Shown: one piece after another, positions 51,638-61,444 of the stretch
Position numbering within the stretch: position 1 is the first letter of the stretch
Layout: each line of letters starts with the position of its first letter
Source: Bacteroidota bacterium
Lineage (GTDB): Bacteria > Bacteroidota > Ignavibacteria > Tepidaquicellales > Tepidaquicellaceae
Length of the DNA: 64,000 nucleotides
Direction: 5' to 3'
Assembly: GCA_018266875.1 (NCBI GenBank)
Contig: JAFDZR010000018.1
Location: 17,916-81,915 of the forward strand
Position numbers and translations under genes: made by a program
The notes under the pieces: generated by a model
Database searches by the model: none
What the model was told of the DNA's origin: nothing
Seen by the model: the letters and a program-made list of their open reading frames with translations, nothing else

Positions 51638-53422
51638 CTATTTTATAAGGATCATACTTTTGGTCTCGCCTGTATTGTTAACAGTTATTTTGAAGTAATA
51701 AATTCCTGAAGCAAGACCGTTTGCCGAAAATTCTTTTTCATATTCTCCTTCGGGCTGAATTTCATTAACAAGCGTTTCAATTTTATTTCCCAGCGAATCA
51801 AATATCTGAAGGAGAACTGCCGACTTCCGGCTGATCTGATACTTTATACGGGTGACAGGATTAAAAGGATTCGGATAATTCTGAAATAATTTAAAATCCT
51901 TTACGGTTTCCGTACCCGTTTCATTTACAGAGATCAGAGTTCCGTTTTCTGTAATAGTTATATTCCGGTTTACAGGCACATTTGTAAAATACTGATCAAT
52001 TCCCGACGGCCATTCTACTTTAAGAGAATCTATTACCTGCGCATTTCCGAGTCCGAAATGAAGTATGAGATTCTGAGTACAGTACCCTGCCTGTCCGCTT
52101 ATTTCCTGCATCTGATAGACGGGGTTTCCGTTTATGTTTGCTTTTATGCGGACCTTTGCGCCAATGGCTGAACTGTTGGAGACCGTGCCTTTGCATTTTA
52201 TATTGATCCATTTATTACCGTTGCTGAGCTCGTTTCTGTAAAGAGCGTTCTTCTGGTTTTCCCCGAAAGTGTTTGCCGCTGCCAGATCAAGATCGCCGTC
52301 ATTGTCATAATCTCCCCATGCGAATCCGTAAGTATATCCGGAATCATTTACTAAAATCCCCGAAGTGATCTTTTCAAATGATGCAGTTCCTGTTTCCATT
52401 AGATTATTCCTGTATAATTTATTAACAAGCTTTTCGTTAAAGGAAGGACCTTTGTATGCCTGCGATACAAACATGTCAAGATCACCGTCATTATCATAAT
52501 CACCCCAGCCGCCGACAGCATTGTATCCGGGTTCCGTTACAAGCGGATCATTTGTTATTTTTGTGAAATTAAAATCCCCTTCATTTCTGAAAAGTGAATT
52601 TGTCTGATTTTCAGAATTTGTAATGAACAGATCAAGATCGCCGTCATTGTCATAATCTCCCCAGCTTCCGCTCCATGTTATACCGCCGTTTGTAACGGGA
52701 GGAGAATTTGTAATTCTCGTAAAATATCCGCCGCCGTTATTTTTGAACATGAATTCATTCTGGCTCTCTTCCCTGCAGACAAAGATATCCGGCAGTCTGT
52801 CTCCGTTTATGTCCGTCCAGTTAATTCCGCGTGAGTAAGCAGTTTCTCCGAACACTGCGCCGGTATCAATCCTTATGAAATTTCCGCTGCCGGTATTCCT
52901 GTATAAAAAATTTCTGTGACCTGTTCCCGCGCTGTTAGTTATAAAAAGATCGATCAGTCCGTCATTGTCATAATCCCCCCAGCTGCAGGCTTCGGAGTAA
53001 CTGAGCTGCGTGCAGACAGGACTTGAAGACAGAAAAGTGAATGTGCCGTTGCCGTTGTTTTTGTAAAGCAGGTTGATCCTGTTCCACCAGTTTACCACAC
53101 AGAGATCGGCGAAACCGTCATTATCAAAATCCGTCCAGCTGCTTCCGTCAGAAGGAAGGAAATCACTAACGATCGGATCGTTCTCAATCTTTACAAACAC
53201 TCCGTTGTCATTCCGGTATAGAAAATTATTCTGACCGTTCTGTAGACCGTTGGAAATGAACAGATCAAGATCGTTGTCGTTGTCATAATCGATCCAGTTA
53301 ACGCTGCGGGAAGCTCCGCTGTCAAGACTTACAATGCTTTGTTCCATTTTTATAAAATCCTGCGCGTTGATCACAGGGTTTATCATAAAAAAAATCAGAA
53401 AAATTTTTATTGTTGTTTTCAT
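51638..53422 (-). CDS. Secreted FG-GAP/VCBS-repeat protein with ASPIC/UnbV domain (CRTAC1-like) and T9SS C-terminal sorting domain
   Basis: 594 aa. Signal peptide, repeated WxDYDNDGDLDL loops, UnbV-like segment (WINIKCKGTVSNSSAIGAKVRIKA...QNLILHFGLG...VEWPSG). C-terminal NYPNPFNPVTRIKYQI...GIYYFKITVNNTGETKSMILIK. Confidence 0.88.
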   Translation of the reverse strand: MKTTIKIFLIFFMINPVINAQDFIKMEQSIVSLDSGASRSVNWIDYDNDNDLDLFISNGLQNGQNNFLYRNDNGVFVKIENDPIVSDFLPSDGSSWTDFDNDGFADLCVVNWWNRINLLYKNNGNGTFTFLSSSPVCTQLSYSEACSWGDYDNDGLIDLFITNSAGTGHRNFLYRNTGSGNFIRIDTGAVFGETAYSRGINWTDINGDRLPDIFVCREESQNEFMFKNNGGGYFTRITNSPPVTNGGITWSGSWGDYDNDGDLDLFITNSENQTNSLFRNEGDFNFTKITNDPLVTEPGYNAVGGWGDYDNDGDLDMFVSQAYKGPSFNEKLVNKLYRNNLMETGTASFEKITSGILVNDSGYTYGFAWGDYDNDGDLDLAAANTFGENQKNALYRNELSNGNKWINIKCKGTVSNSSAIGAKVRIKANINGNPVYQMQEISGQAGYCTQNLILHFGLGNAQVIDSLKVEWPSGIDQYFTNVPVNRNITITENGTLISVNETGTETVKDFKLFQNYPNPFNPVTRIKYQISRKSAVLLQIFDSLGNKIETLVNEIQPEGEYEKEFSANGLASGIYYFKITVNNTGETKSMILIK

Positions 53423-53623
53423 ATTAAATAAGTTTATTTTTTATAAAACTATGAAAAATATACGACTCTTGTGAGTGAGAGGTACGCTTTTGTCAGGGAA
53501 AAATCCGGCAGAAAATTTGATTCCTGAAGTAGCATAAAATTTATAAATAATCTTCCTATATTATTAAAAAAGTTGTGTAACTAACCGAAACACAGGAAAT
53601 AATATTATATATATTTTATTTCA

Positions 53624-55105
53624 ATGAAGTCTTCAAGCGAACTTTTCGATCTGATAAAATCACTTTCGTCCAGTGAAAAAAGATACTTCCGGCTCAGCGC
53701 ATCAGTCCAGAAGGGAAATAAAAAATATCTGAAACTCTTTGATCTGCTCGACTCACAGAAGATCTTTGATGAGAGAAAGCTGAGGTCCGCAAAGGGCAGT
53801 GAAAGTATTTTCAGGAATTATAATTTTACAAAGAATTATCTCGGCAAGCTCATTTTCAAAAGTCTGCTTAATTATAAAAATGAAAAATCCACAGACGCTA
53901 AATTATTCAACATTCTTCAGAGATGCAGAATACTTTTTGACAAAGCCCTTTTCGGTCAGTATTTCAAAACGGTAAAAGCCGGCAGACTGCTTGCGGAGAA
54001 AAACGAGAGATTCAGTTTCCTGCTGGATTTTATCGAAATTGAAAGACAGCTGTCCAAAAAGGAAATTCTCTCAGGTATGGACATAAACAAAAATTTTGAT
54101 GATGAACTCCGAGTCCTTGAAAAAATAAGCGTTATAAATTCTTACAAAAGAGTTATTGCTCTTCTTTTCCGTTTCTACAGGTATAAGGGAATAGTCAGAT
54201 CAGCAGCTGACGAAGAGGAACTTAACGGAATACTGTCATTGCCGCAATCTGTAAGCGGCGGTAAAAACCTGACGGTAACTTCATCGGAACGTAAATTATT
54301 TCTGCAGAGTCTTGCCTCTGAAATAAAGGGAGATTTCGGATCCTCATTCAGTTTCAATAAACAAAGATACAGACTGATCCTGAAAAACAGAAACATTTTC
54401 GGCGAAACGCTTTTTGATAATTTCAAGGATTCAATGCTGTCTGCTTCCCTTTCAGCCGCAGACTGCGGTAACTTCAGGGATGCTTACAAAATTATCAGCG
54501 AACTGAAATCAATGTCAGTCACTTCTCAGGTGAATGATATCAATATTAATCTGACAGATCTCAGCATAAAGATCCTGTCGGCACTGAAGGGAAAAACAAA
54601 AATCGGAATAGATACTTTGATGGCAGATGCAGAAAAATATCTTGATGATTACAGAAACAAGATCACAATTAACACATTCAATCTCACGGTATTCAGACTT
54701 TCGTCAATTTATTTTTTTGAAGAGAAATATTCTGAAGCTCTCAGAATAATGGAAAAATTTAACCTTGAAAAGAATTCGCGCATGTCGCCTTTTATTGAAC
54801 CGTATTCCAGGATGCTTCTTATACTTATCAACTTTGAATTAAAGAAATACAAACTGCTCAGTTATATGATACCGACTGCCCGCAAGTATCTGAAAAGCAG
54901 AAACGCTCTTCACAAAACCGAATACACGGTTCTTAATTACACAGCGAAATTAATTAAGGAAAAAAAGAGTGCCGATGATAACTTTCTTCTTTATGATCTG
55001 AAAAATGAGCTTGAGGTGTTAAAAAAAGAAAGATTTGAAAAGAACGCTTTTCTGTATTTTGATTACCTCAGATGGATTAAAAATAAATTAATAATTAAAA
55101 AATAA
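53624..55105 (+). CDS. Hypothetical all-helical protein (493 aa)
   Basis: Long ORF with coding-like composition and a clean intergenic spacer upstream. The repetitive helical pattern is possibly TPR-like. No family recognised. Confidence 0.65.
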   Translation: MKSSSELFDLIKSLSSSEKRYFRLSASVQKGNKKYLKLFDLLDSQKIFDERKLRSAKGSESIFRNYNFTKNYLGKLIFKSLLNYKNEKSTDAKLFNILQRCRILFDKALFGQYFKTVKAGRLLAEKNERFSFLLDFIEIERQLSKKEILSGMDINKNFDDELRVLEKISVINSYKRVIALLFRFYRYKGIVRSAADEEELNGILSLPQSVSGGKNLTVTSSERKLFLQSLASEIKGDFGSSFSFNKQRYRLILKNRNIFGETLFDNFKDSMLSASLSAADCGNFRDAYKIISELKSMSVTSQVNDININLTDLSIKILSALKGKTKIGIDTLMADAEKYLDDYRNKITINTFNLTVFRLSSIYFFEEKYSEALRIMEKFNLEKNSRMSPFIEPYSRMLLILINFELKKYKLLSYMIPTARKYLKSRNALHKTEYTVLNYTAKLIKEKKSADDNFLLYDLKNELEVLKKERFEKNAFLYFDYLRWIKNKLIIKK

Positions 55106-55114
55106 ATAAAACTT

Positions 55115-55882
55115 ATGAATGAAAGATGGAATTTAAAAAACAGGAAAGCTCTCATAACAGGAGCTACAAGAGGAATTGGAAAAGCCATTACGGAAGAATT
55201 CCTTTCTCTGGGAGCAGAGGTTTTTATAATTTCACGTAATGAGGAAGATATAAAAACCGATCTTGAAAAATACAGATCAAAGGGATTTGCTGCGGACGGA
55301 ATGAAGTGTGATGTAACTATAGCTGAGGACAGGGAAAAGCTTCTAGATTATGTTTCCAAGAACACTGGAGGTCTGGATATTCTTGTCAATAACGCAGGTT
55401 CAAATACAAGAAAAAAAACACTGGAAAATACATCCGAAGATCTTGATTTTATCCTAACGCTTAACATGAAATCCGTAATGGAGCTGTGCAGATTGTTTCA
55501 TCCGCTGCTCAGCAGATCAGGTCACGGTTCGATAGTTAATATTGTTTCGGTTGCCGGAATGACTTCAGTCGCAACAGGCTCTCCCTATGCTGTCTCGAAA
55601 GCCGGCATTATTCATTTTACAAGATATATATCGGTGGAATGGGCAAAGGATAATATCAGAGCAAACTCGGTTGCGCCATGGTACATCAGGACTTCGCTGA
55701 CTGAACCTGTGTTAAGCAGAAAAGAATATCTTGATTCGGTATTGTCAAGAACTCCAATGAAAAGAGTCGGAGAACCTGAAGAAGTTGCCGCCGCAGCTGC
55801 ATTCCTTGCAATGCCCGCATCCTCCTACATTACGGGCGAATGCATTTCCGTGGACGGAGGTTTTTTAAAATACGGGTTCTGA
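55115..55882 (+). CDS. Short-chain dehydrogenase/reductase (tropinone-reductase-like SDR)
   Basis: 255 aa. [11 protein letters not shown] cofactor motif, NNAG, catalytic YAVSKAG. Confidence 0.9.
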   Translation: MNERWNLKNRKALITGATRGIGKAITEEFLSLGAEVFIISRNEEDIKTDLEKYRSKGFAADGMKCDVTIAEDREKLLDYVSKNTGGLDILVNNAGSNTRKKTLENTSEDLDFILTLNMKSVMELCRLFHPLLSRSGHGSIVNIVSVAGMTSVATGSPYAVSKAGIIHFTRYISVEWAKDNIRANSVAPWYIRTSLTEPVLSRKEYLDSVLSRTPMKRVGEPEEVAAAAAFLAMPASSYITGECISVDGGFLKYGF

Positions 55883-55883
55883 T

Positions 55884-56780
55884 CTATTTTTCATTCAGTA
55901 GAATCTCCTTTGCCGAAAGCAGTTCGGATTTTGCCTTGTCGTCAAGAACAGGATATTTAAGATCCAGTCCGCTGAGAAATTTATGGATCACAGCGGCAAT
56001 GATAATTCTGGAATACCATTTATTGTCTGCAGGTATTATATACCACGGCGCGTGATCCTTAGAAGTATTGGAAAGCGCTTCTTCATACATTTTCTGATAC
56101 TTGTCCCAGTGATCCCTTTCACTGACATCATTAAGTGAAAATTTCCAGTTCTTTTCAGGAGTATCGATCCTTTCAAGGAATCTTTTTTTCTGTTCTTCTT
56201 TTGATAAATGAAGAAAAAATTTTATTACAAGTGTTCCGTTCTGAATAATATTCTTTTCAAATCTGTTAATCTGTTTATATCTGTTTTCCCAGAACTTATC
56301 ATCAATGTCTTTCAGTGAATTTATTCCGGGTATCCTTTCATTAAGTATATATTCGGGGTGAACTCTGGTTATAAGGACATTTTCATAATGCGACCTGTTG
56401 AAGATCGTTACATTTCCCCTCCTCGGAAGATCTACGTAATGCCTCCATATATAATCATGATCCAGCTCAAGCGTACTCGGGGCTTTGTAACTGTGAACCA
56501 CTACACCCTGAGGATTGAATCCTGACATGATATGTTTGATGGAACTGTCCTTTCCGGCGGCATCCATCGCCTGAAATACTATAAGCACGCTGTATCTGTT
56601 GTCGGCATAGAGAACATCCTGGATCTTTTCCAGCTTTTTTTTCCCCGATTCCAGAAGATCCTTCGCGGTATCCTTATCTATTTCTTCCCCGCTGTATCCT
56701 GTTTCATATTTTTTGAGATCAATCTTTGTATCGGGTTTTACAAGATAATCTTTAATATCTATGTCATGATTTTTCAGCAT
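55884..56780 (-). CDS. ppk2: Polyphosphate kinase 2 family protein (polyphosphate:nucleotide phosphotransferase)
   Basis: 298 aa. Walker-A-like FQAMDAAGKDS, HDYIWRHYVDLPRRGNVTIFNRSHYE, lid region. Confidence 0.88.
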   Translation of the reverse strand: MLKNHDIDIKDYLVKPDTKIDLKKYETGYSGEEIDKDTAKDLLESGKKKLEKIQDVLYADNRYSVLIVFQAMDAAGKDSSIKHIMSGFNPQGVVVHSYKAPSTLELDHDYIWRHYVDLPRRGNVTIFNRSHYENVLITRVHPEYILNERIPGINSLKDIDDKFWENRYKQINRFEKNIIQNGTLVIKFFLHLSKEEQKKRFLERIDTPEKNWKFSLNDVSERDHWDKYQKMYEEALSNTSKDHAPWYIIPADNKWYSRIIIAAVIHKFLSGLDLKYPVLDDKAKSELLSAKEILLNEK

Positions 56781-56882
56781 TTCGGTTTTTGTTAAATGTT
56801 AAATAAATTCTATTTGCATTTAGATTCAAAGTAAAAGAAACTAAATTTAAACAAAACATCATAATAAGTAACTTTATTAAAT

Positions 56883-57728
56883 ATGAAGAAAACAATACTT
56901 ATCTTTTTAATTTCCTTAATACCCTTTGCAAATTTATTTTCACAGTCAACATCCCAGGCGGTTTATCAGAAAGCGCTTGAATATTATTTCGCATCGAATT
57001 TTAACGATGCAATAAAATATTTTACGGATTACATTAACACTAATACGCAGAGTTTTGATGCGATCAATTACAGGGGATTGAGTTATCTCGGATTAAAGAA
57101 TTATCCCAAAGCGAAGGAAGATTTTACAACTGCCATTAACATAAACAAATCCTTCAGTCAGGGATATGTTAACAGGGCAAATGTTTATGCGCTTGAAGGA
57201 AATTATACGGCTGCAGAAAGGGATTACAATGATGCAATAAGATATGACAGAAATAATTATGAAATTTATTACGGTCTGAGTCTGCTGTATATAAATAACA
57301 GGGAATACAATAAATCTCTGGCTCAGCTCAACACATTAACTTCCCTAGATCCTAAAAACCCGCGGGCGTTTATGAACAAAGCAATTGTTTATATGCTCCT
57401 TAATGACACCTCAAAGATCTTCGAAAATGTCAGCGAATCACTTTACTGGGATTCAAGCTATTTGTATAAGAACCTCAACAAATCGCTTGTGTTCACAATT
57501 GCAGACAGATTCAAGTATGCTCTGCAGGTTCTGAACGGATCGGTTTCCGAAAATCCAAAGAGCTATCTTGCTTATTTCAACAGAGGAGTGATCTATTACA
57601 TGATGGCAAATTACAAAAATGCGATAGATGATTTTAAAAAATCCGGGAAACTATATAAAGGCAGCGATGAAAAAGTAACCGACTTAATAAACAAACTAAT
57701 TAGAATATCAAAGTTCAACAGTCTTTGA
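56883..57728 (+). CDS. Secreted TPR-repeat protein
   Basis: 281 aa. Signal peptide followed by several 34-aa TPR units (AINYRGLSYLGLKNYPKAKEDFTTAININ..., YVNRANVYALEGNYTAAERDYNDAIRYD...). Confidence 0.8.
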   Translation: MKKTILIFLISLIPFANLFSQSTSQAVYQKALEYYFASNFNDAIKYFTDYINTNTQSFDAINYRGLSYLGLKNYPKAKEDFTTAININKSFSQGYVNRANVYALEGNYTAAERDYNDAIRYDRNNYEIYYGLSLLYINNREYNKSLAQLNTLTSLDPKNPRAFMNKAIVYMLLNDTSKIFENVSESLYWDSSYLYKNLNKSLVFTIADRFKYALQVLNGSVSENPKSYLAYFNRGVIYYMMANYKNAIDDFKKSGKLYKGSDEKVTDLINKLIRISKFNSL

Positions 57729-57909
57729 CCTTAGGTGACTGAATATAATTTTTAATTGAATATCGGAAAAGATCACATCTGCCGCGGCAAATGGATATTT
57801 TTCCTGTTTAAACGTGTAAATATTCCTGGCAGACCACTTTGTTTATTATACTGAAAATTAAAATCCTCATAGTTATTTTATTGAATTACAAACCTAAACT
57901 AATCGAACA

Positions 57910-59082
57910 TTGAAGAAACCCGGACAAATTGTTGCATTAGGCGGCGGTATGTTTTCTATGGAGCCGGATAATGGAATGCTAGATAAATACATACTCAATC
58001 TGGTTCCAAAGAAAAGACCAAAGATCTGTTTTTTCGGTACGGCTAGCAATGACGGAAAAGAATACAGGGAAATGTTTTATGAATTTTTCAATAATATGAA
58101 ATGCGAACCTTCGCATCTTTCCTTTCATGAACCTCCTGATGACATAGAGAAATTTATTCTTGATAAAGACATAATACATGTCGGCGGCGGAAACACGAGG
58201 TTTATTATAGAAACATGGAAGAAATACGGAGTCGATAAGATCATGAAAAAAGCCTGGAATTCAGGGGTGATACTAACAGGAATGAGCGCAGGCGCAATCT
58301 GCTGGTTTGATGACGGTATCACTAATCCTTCTCCGGGTGTGCTGACAAGACTCCCGTGTCTCGGATTGCTTAAGGGAAGTTTCTGTCCTCATTATGATGA
58401 TAAGGTCGAGCTCAGGGAATCTTTTCATAAACTTATTCTCGACGGAGTGATTGAAAACGGGATCGGAGCGGAAGATGGGGCAGCTGTTCATTACATTGGA
58501 AATGAAATTCTCAGAGTTGTGACTTCCCGTCCCGGCGTTACTGCGTATGAAGTAAAAAAAATCAGGAATAAAATTGTGGAAACACCGCTTGAGTCCGTTT
58601 TTCTCGGGAAGGAATCTGAACTTGCCGGCGCAAATTCAAATTCGCCGAGAGATGTTTTAAATACAGTGATTTCATATGTTGAAAAAATCAACGAACATGA
58701 CATTGAAGGACTTACGGAAATTATGTCTGATGACCATGTCTTTGTTGATTCACTCGGTATGGTGGTCAAGGGAAAAAAGGAAATGGTAAATGCATGGAAG
58801 ATGTTTCTGAATTGGTTTCCCGATTACCGGATTAATATCAGAAATACTGTTTTAACTGATGATACGGTTGGAATATTCGGAACGGCAACCGGAACATTCG
58901 ATACTGAAGACGCCGGAAATCATGATAAATTCAAAATACCGGCTGCATGGCGAGCCAAAGTGAAAGATAAACTGGTTACGGAGTGGCAGGCAATTGCTGA
59001 TAATGAGATAGTCAGAGATATTATCAAAGGCAACGGTGCGAAACTTATGTTCAAATCCAAATTTAAATCCAAATCTAATTAA
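57910..59082 (+). CDS. Peptidase S51 (dipeptidase E-like) domain fused to a SnoaL/NTF2-like domain
   Basis: 390 aa with a TTG start. N-terminal S51 pattern (ICFFGTAS...[10 protein letters not shown]...[12 protein letters not shown]). C-terminal ~130 aa have an NTF2-like pattern ([31 protein letters not shown]...W..F...FPDYRINI). Confidence 0.75.
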   Translation: MKKPGQIVALGGGMFSMEPDNGMLDKYILNLVPKKRPKICFFGTASNDGKEYREMFYEFFNNMKCEPSHLSFHEPPDDIEKFILDKDIIHVGGGNTRFIIETWKKYGVDKIMKKAWNSGVILTGMSAGAICWFDDGITNPSPGVLTRLPCLGLLKGSFCPHYDDKVELRESFHKLILDGVIENGIGAEDGAAVHYIGNEILRVVTSRPGVTAYEVKKIRNKIVETPLESVFLGKESELAGANSNSPRDVLNTVISYVEKINEHDIEGLTEIMSDDHVFVDSLGMVVKGKKEMVNAWKMFLNWFPDYRINIRNTVLTDDTVGIFGTATGTFDTEDAGNHDKFKIPAAWRAKVKDKLVTEWQAIADNEIVRDIIKGNGAKLMFKSKFKSKSN

Positions 59083-59105
59083 ACTGTTCTAACTATTTTC
59101 CTAAA

Positions 59106-60284
59106 TTGGTGAAAAAAATATTACTTCTCGGATCAGGTGAACTCGGAAAGGAATTTGTCATTGCGGCAAAAAGACTTGGTCAGACAGTAATAGCGGCTGA
59201 TTCATATGACAACGCTCCGGCGCAGCAGGTTGCAGATGAAAAGGAAGTTATCAACATGCTCGACGGAAATGAACTCGACAGAATAGTGGATAAGCACAAA
59301 CCTGACATCATAGTTCCTGAAATAGAAGCGATCCGGACTGAAAGATTATATGACTATGAAAACAAAGGCATTCAGATAGTGCCGAGCGCGAGAGCTGTAA
59401 ATTATACCATGAACAGGAAAGCCATCCGCGATCTTGCCGCAGAAGAACTCGGACTTAAAACAGCCGCATACGAATATGCAGGTTCGCTGGATGAACTGCG
59501 GTCTTCGGTCAGCAGAATAGGGATTCCGTGTGTGATAAAACCTCTTATGTCCTCATCCGGCAAAGGACAGTCATATGTAAGAAATGAAAATGACATAGAG
59601 TCCGCCTGGAACAATGCTTCTTCAAAAGGAAGAGGAGATTTTAATGAAGTCATCGTTGAAGAATTTATAGATTTTCAGTCAGAGATAACTTTACTCACAG
59701 TCACTCAGTTCTCCGGAGAAACGCTTTTCTGTCCGCCTATAGGTCACAGACAGGAACGCGGCGATTATCAGGAAAGCTGGCAGCCTGCGGATATTCCGGG
59801 AGCGCTTCTTTTAAAAGCTCAGGACATTGCTGCAAAAGTCACGTCAGCTCTTACCGGATGCGGCATATGGGGAGTGGAGTTTTTTATAGGCAGAGATGAT
59901 GTATATTTCTCCGAACTCTCACCCAGACCACATGACACGGGAATGGTTACACTGGCGGGGACACAGAATTTCAACGAGTTTGAACTCCATTTAAGAGCTG
60001 TTCTCGGACTGCCGGTAAACGGAATCACTCTTGAAAGATCAGGAGCGAGCTCGGTAATACTTTCGGAAACAGATTCTGCTGCTGCTCCTGAATATGAAGG
60101 ATTATCAAAAGCGCTGGAGATCAAGAACTCTGACATAAGAATTTTCGGAAAACCTTCCATGAGATTACACAGACGGATGGGCGTAGCGCTGACATGGGGA
60201 AAGATTGGAACAGACACCGGCGCATTAAGGAAAGCTGCAACGGATATTTCAGGAAATATTAAAATAACGGAACGGAAAAAATGA
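59106..60284 (+). CDS. purT: Formate-dependent phosphoribosylglycinamide formyltransferase (PurT, GAR transformylase 2)
   Basis: 392 aa. [24 protein letters not shown]-grasp motifs ([20 protein letters not shown]), C-terminal RRMGVAL. The start is TTG 59106 or the adjacent GTG 59109. Confidence 0.92.
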   Translation: MVKKILLLGSGELGKEFVIAAKRLGQTVIAADSYDNAPAQQVADEKEVINMLDGNELDRIVDKHKPDIIVPEIEAIRTERLYDYENKGIQIVPSARAVNYTMNRKAIRDLAAEELGLKTAAYEYAGSLDELRSSVSRIGIPCVIKPLMSSSGKGQSYVRNENDIESAWNNASSKGRGDFNEVIVEEFIDFQSEITLLTVTQFSGETLFCPPIGHRQERGDYQESWQPADIPGALLLKAQDIAAKVTSALTGCGIWGVEFFIGRDDVYFSELSPRPHDTGMVTLAGTQNFNEFELHLRAVLGLPVNGITLERSGASSVILSETDSAAAPEYEGLSKALEIKNSDIRIFGKPSMRLHRRMGVALTWGKIGTDTGALRKAATDISGNIKITERKK

Positions 60285-61444
60285 TGAACGAGAAGGAAAA
60301 ATTTGTAAATGAATTAAGAAAAAGTCTGGAACAAAATACATTCGTAAAACTGCAGTTCGGAAAATACAGAGGTGATGACAGGGATTTTCAGAAAATTACC
60401 GTTACAAAAATAAATGTAAAGGAAGGCGAAAGACTTTCTTTTAATTTCAAATATACAACAAAAGATATTGTTAAGAATTTTGAAACCCAAAAAGGCGTAA
60501 GTCTTTCAGGGGAAATTCTGGGAAATGATTTTCTGAGCGGAACATTATTCACGACGGAAAACGATTTTACTCTCGATCATTCCAGAAAGAGAATTCCGTC
60601 ATTACATAAAAAGAAACCTACATTCAGGGATAAGGAACCGGCAGTTCATAACAGGGAGAAAGTCAGGATTGCGGATCCGTCTGCGGAGTATTTCAGACTG
60701 CTGGGAATTTCAACTGCAGAAGGAACTGTACGCTCCGGCATGTATGATAAATTCAGACAGGTTGACAAGTTCATTGAAACAATGGATTCCCTTTTCAGAT
60801 CATCCGGACTTAATGAAAAAGATGAGATCAGGATAACTGATATGGGTTCAGGAAAAAGTTATCTTACCTTCGCGCTTTATGACCACTTTCTGAATAAACT
60901 AAATAAAAAAGTGACAGTCACAGGAATTGAAAAGAATTCAGAACTTGCCGGACTTTCAAATAAAATTTCCTGGGAATGCGGATACGAAGGACTGGTTTTC
61001 AAATCAGGCAGTATTGAAGAAGCAGAGCTGGGCGGTACTGACATTGCAGTCGCGCTTCACGCATGCGATACTGCAACCGATGATGCCATAAACAAAGCTG
61101 TCAGAGCGGAAGCATCCATTATAATTCTCGCTCCATGCTGTCAGAAGTATGTAAGAAAAAAAATGAGAGTGCCGGAAAATCTGAGGGGAATATTCGGTCA
61201 CGGAATACATGAGGAGCGTCTTGCAGTAATGCTGACAGATGGTCTGCGGGCTCTTTCTCTTGAAAGCAAGGGATACAGCGTAAAGATTTTTGAGTTTATA
61301 TCTTCTGAGCATACTGCGAGAAATACAATGATAACCGCAGTAAAAGGAAACCAAAATAATAATGAAGCGGAAAATGAGATCACTCAGATAAGAAAAGAAT
61401 TCTCAATTGATGATTTTTATCTTGATAAAATTTTAAATAAGTGA
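60281..61444 (+). CDS. Class I SAM-dependent methyltransferase (uncharacterised subfamily)
   Basis: 387 aa. Motif [18 protein letters not shown], post-[16 protein letters not shown]. The start overlaps the purT stop (ATGA) and its stop overlaps the next start (GTGA). Confidence 0.75.
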   Translation: MMNEKEKFVNELRKSLEQNTFVKLQFGKYRGDDRDFQKITVTKINVKEGERLSFNFKYTTKDIVKNFETQKGVSLSGEILGNDFLSGTLFTTENDFTLDHSRKRIPSLHKKKPTFRDKEPAVHNREKVRIADPSAEYFRLLGISTAEGTVRSGMYDKFRQVDKFIETMDSLFRSSGLNEKDEIRITDMGSGKSYLTFALYDHFLNKLNKKVTVTGIEKNSELAGLSNKISWECGYEGLVFKSGSIEEAELGGTDIAVALHACDTATDDAINKAVRAEASIIILAPCCQKYVRKKMRVPENLRGIFGHGIHEERLAVMLTDGLRALSLESKGYSVKIFEFISSEHTARNTMITAVKGNQNNNEAENEITQIRKEFSIDDFYLDKILNK

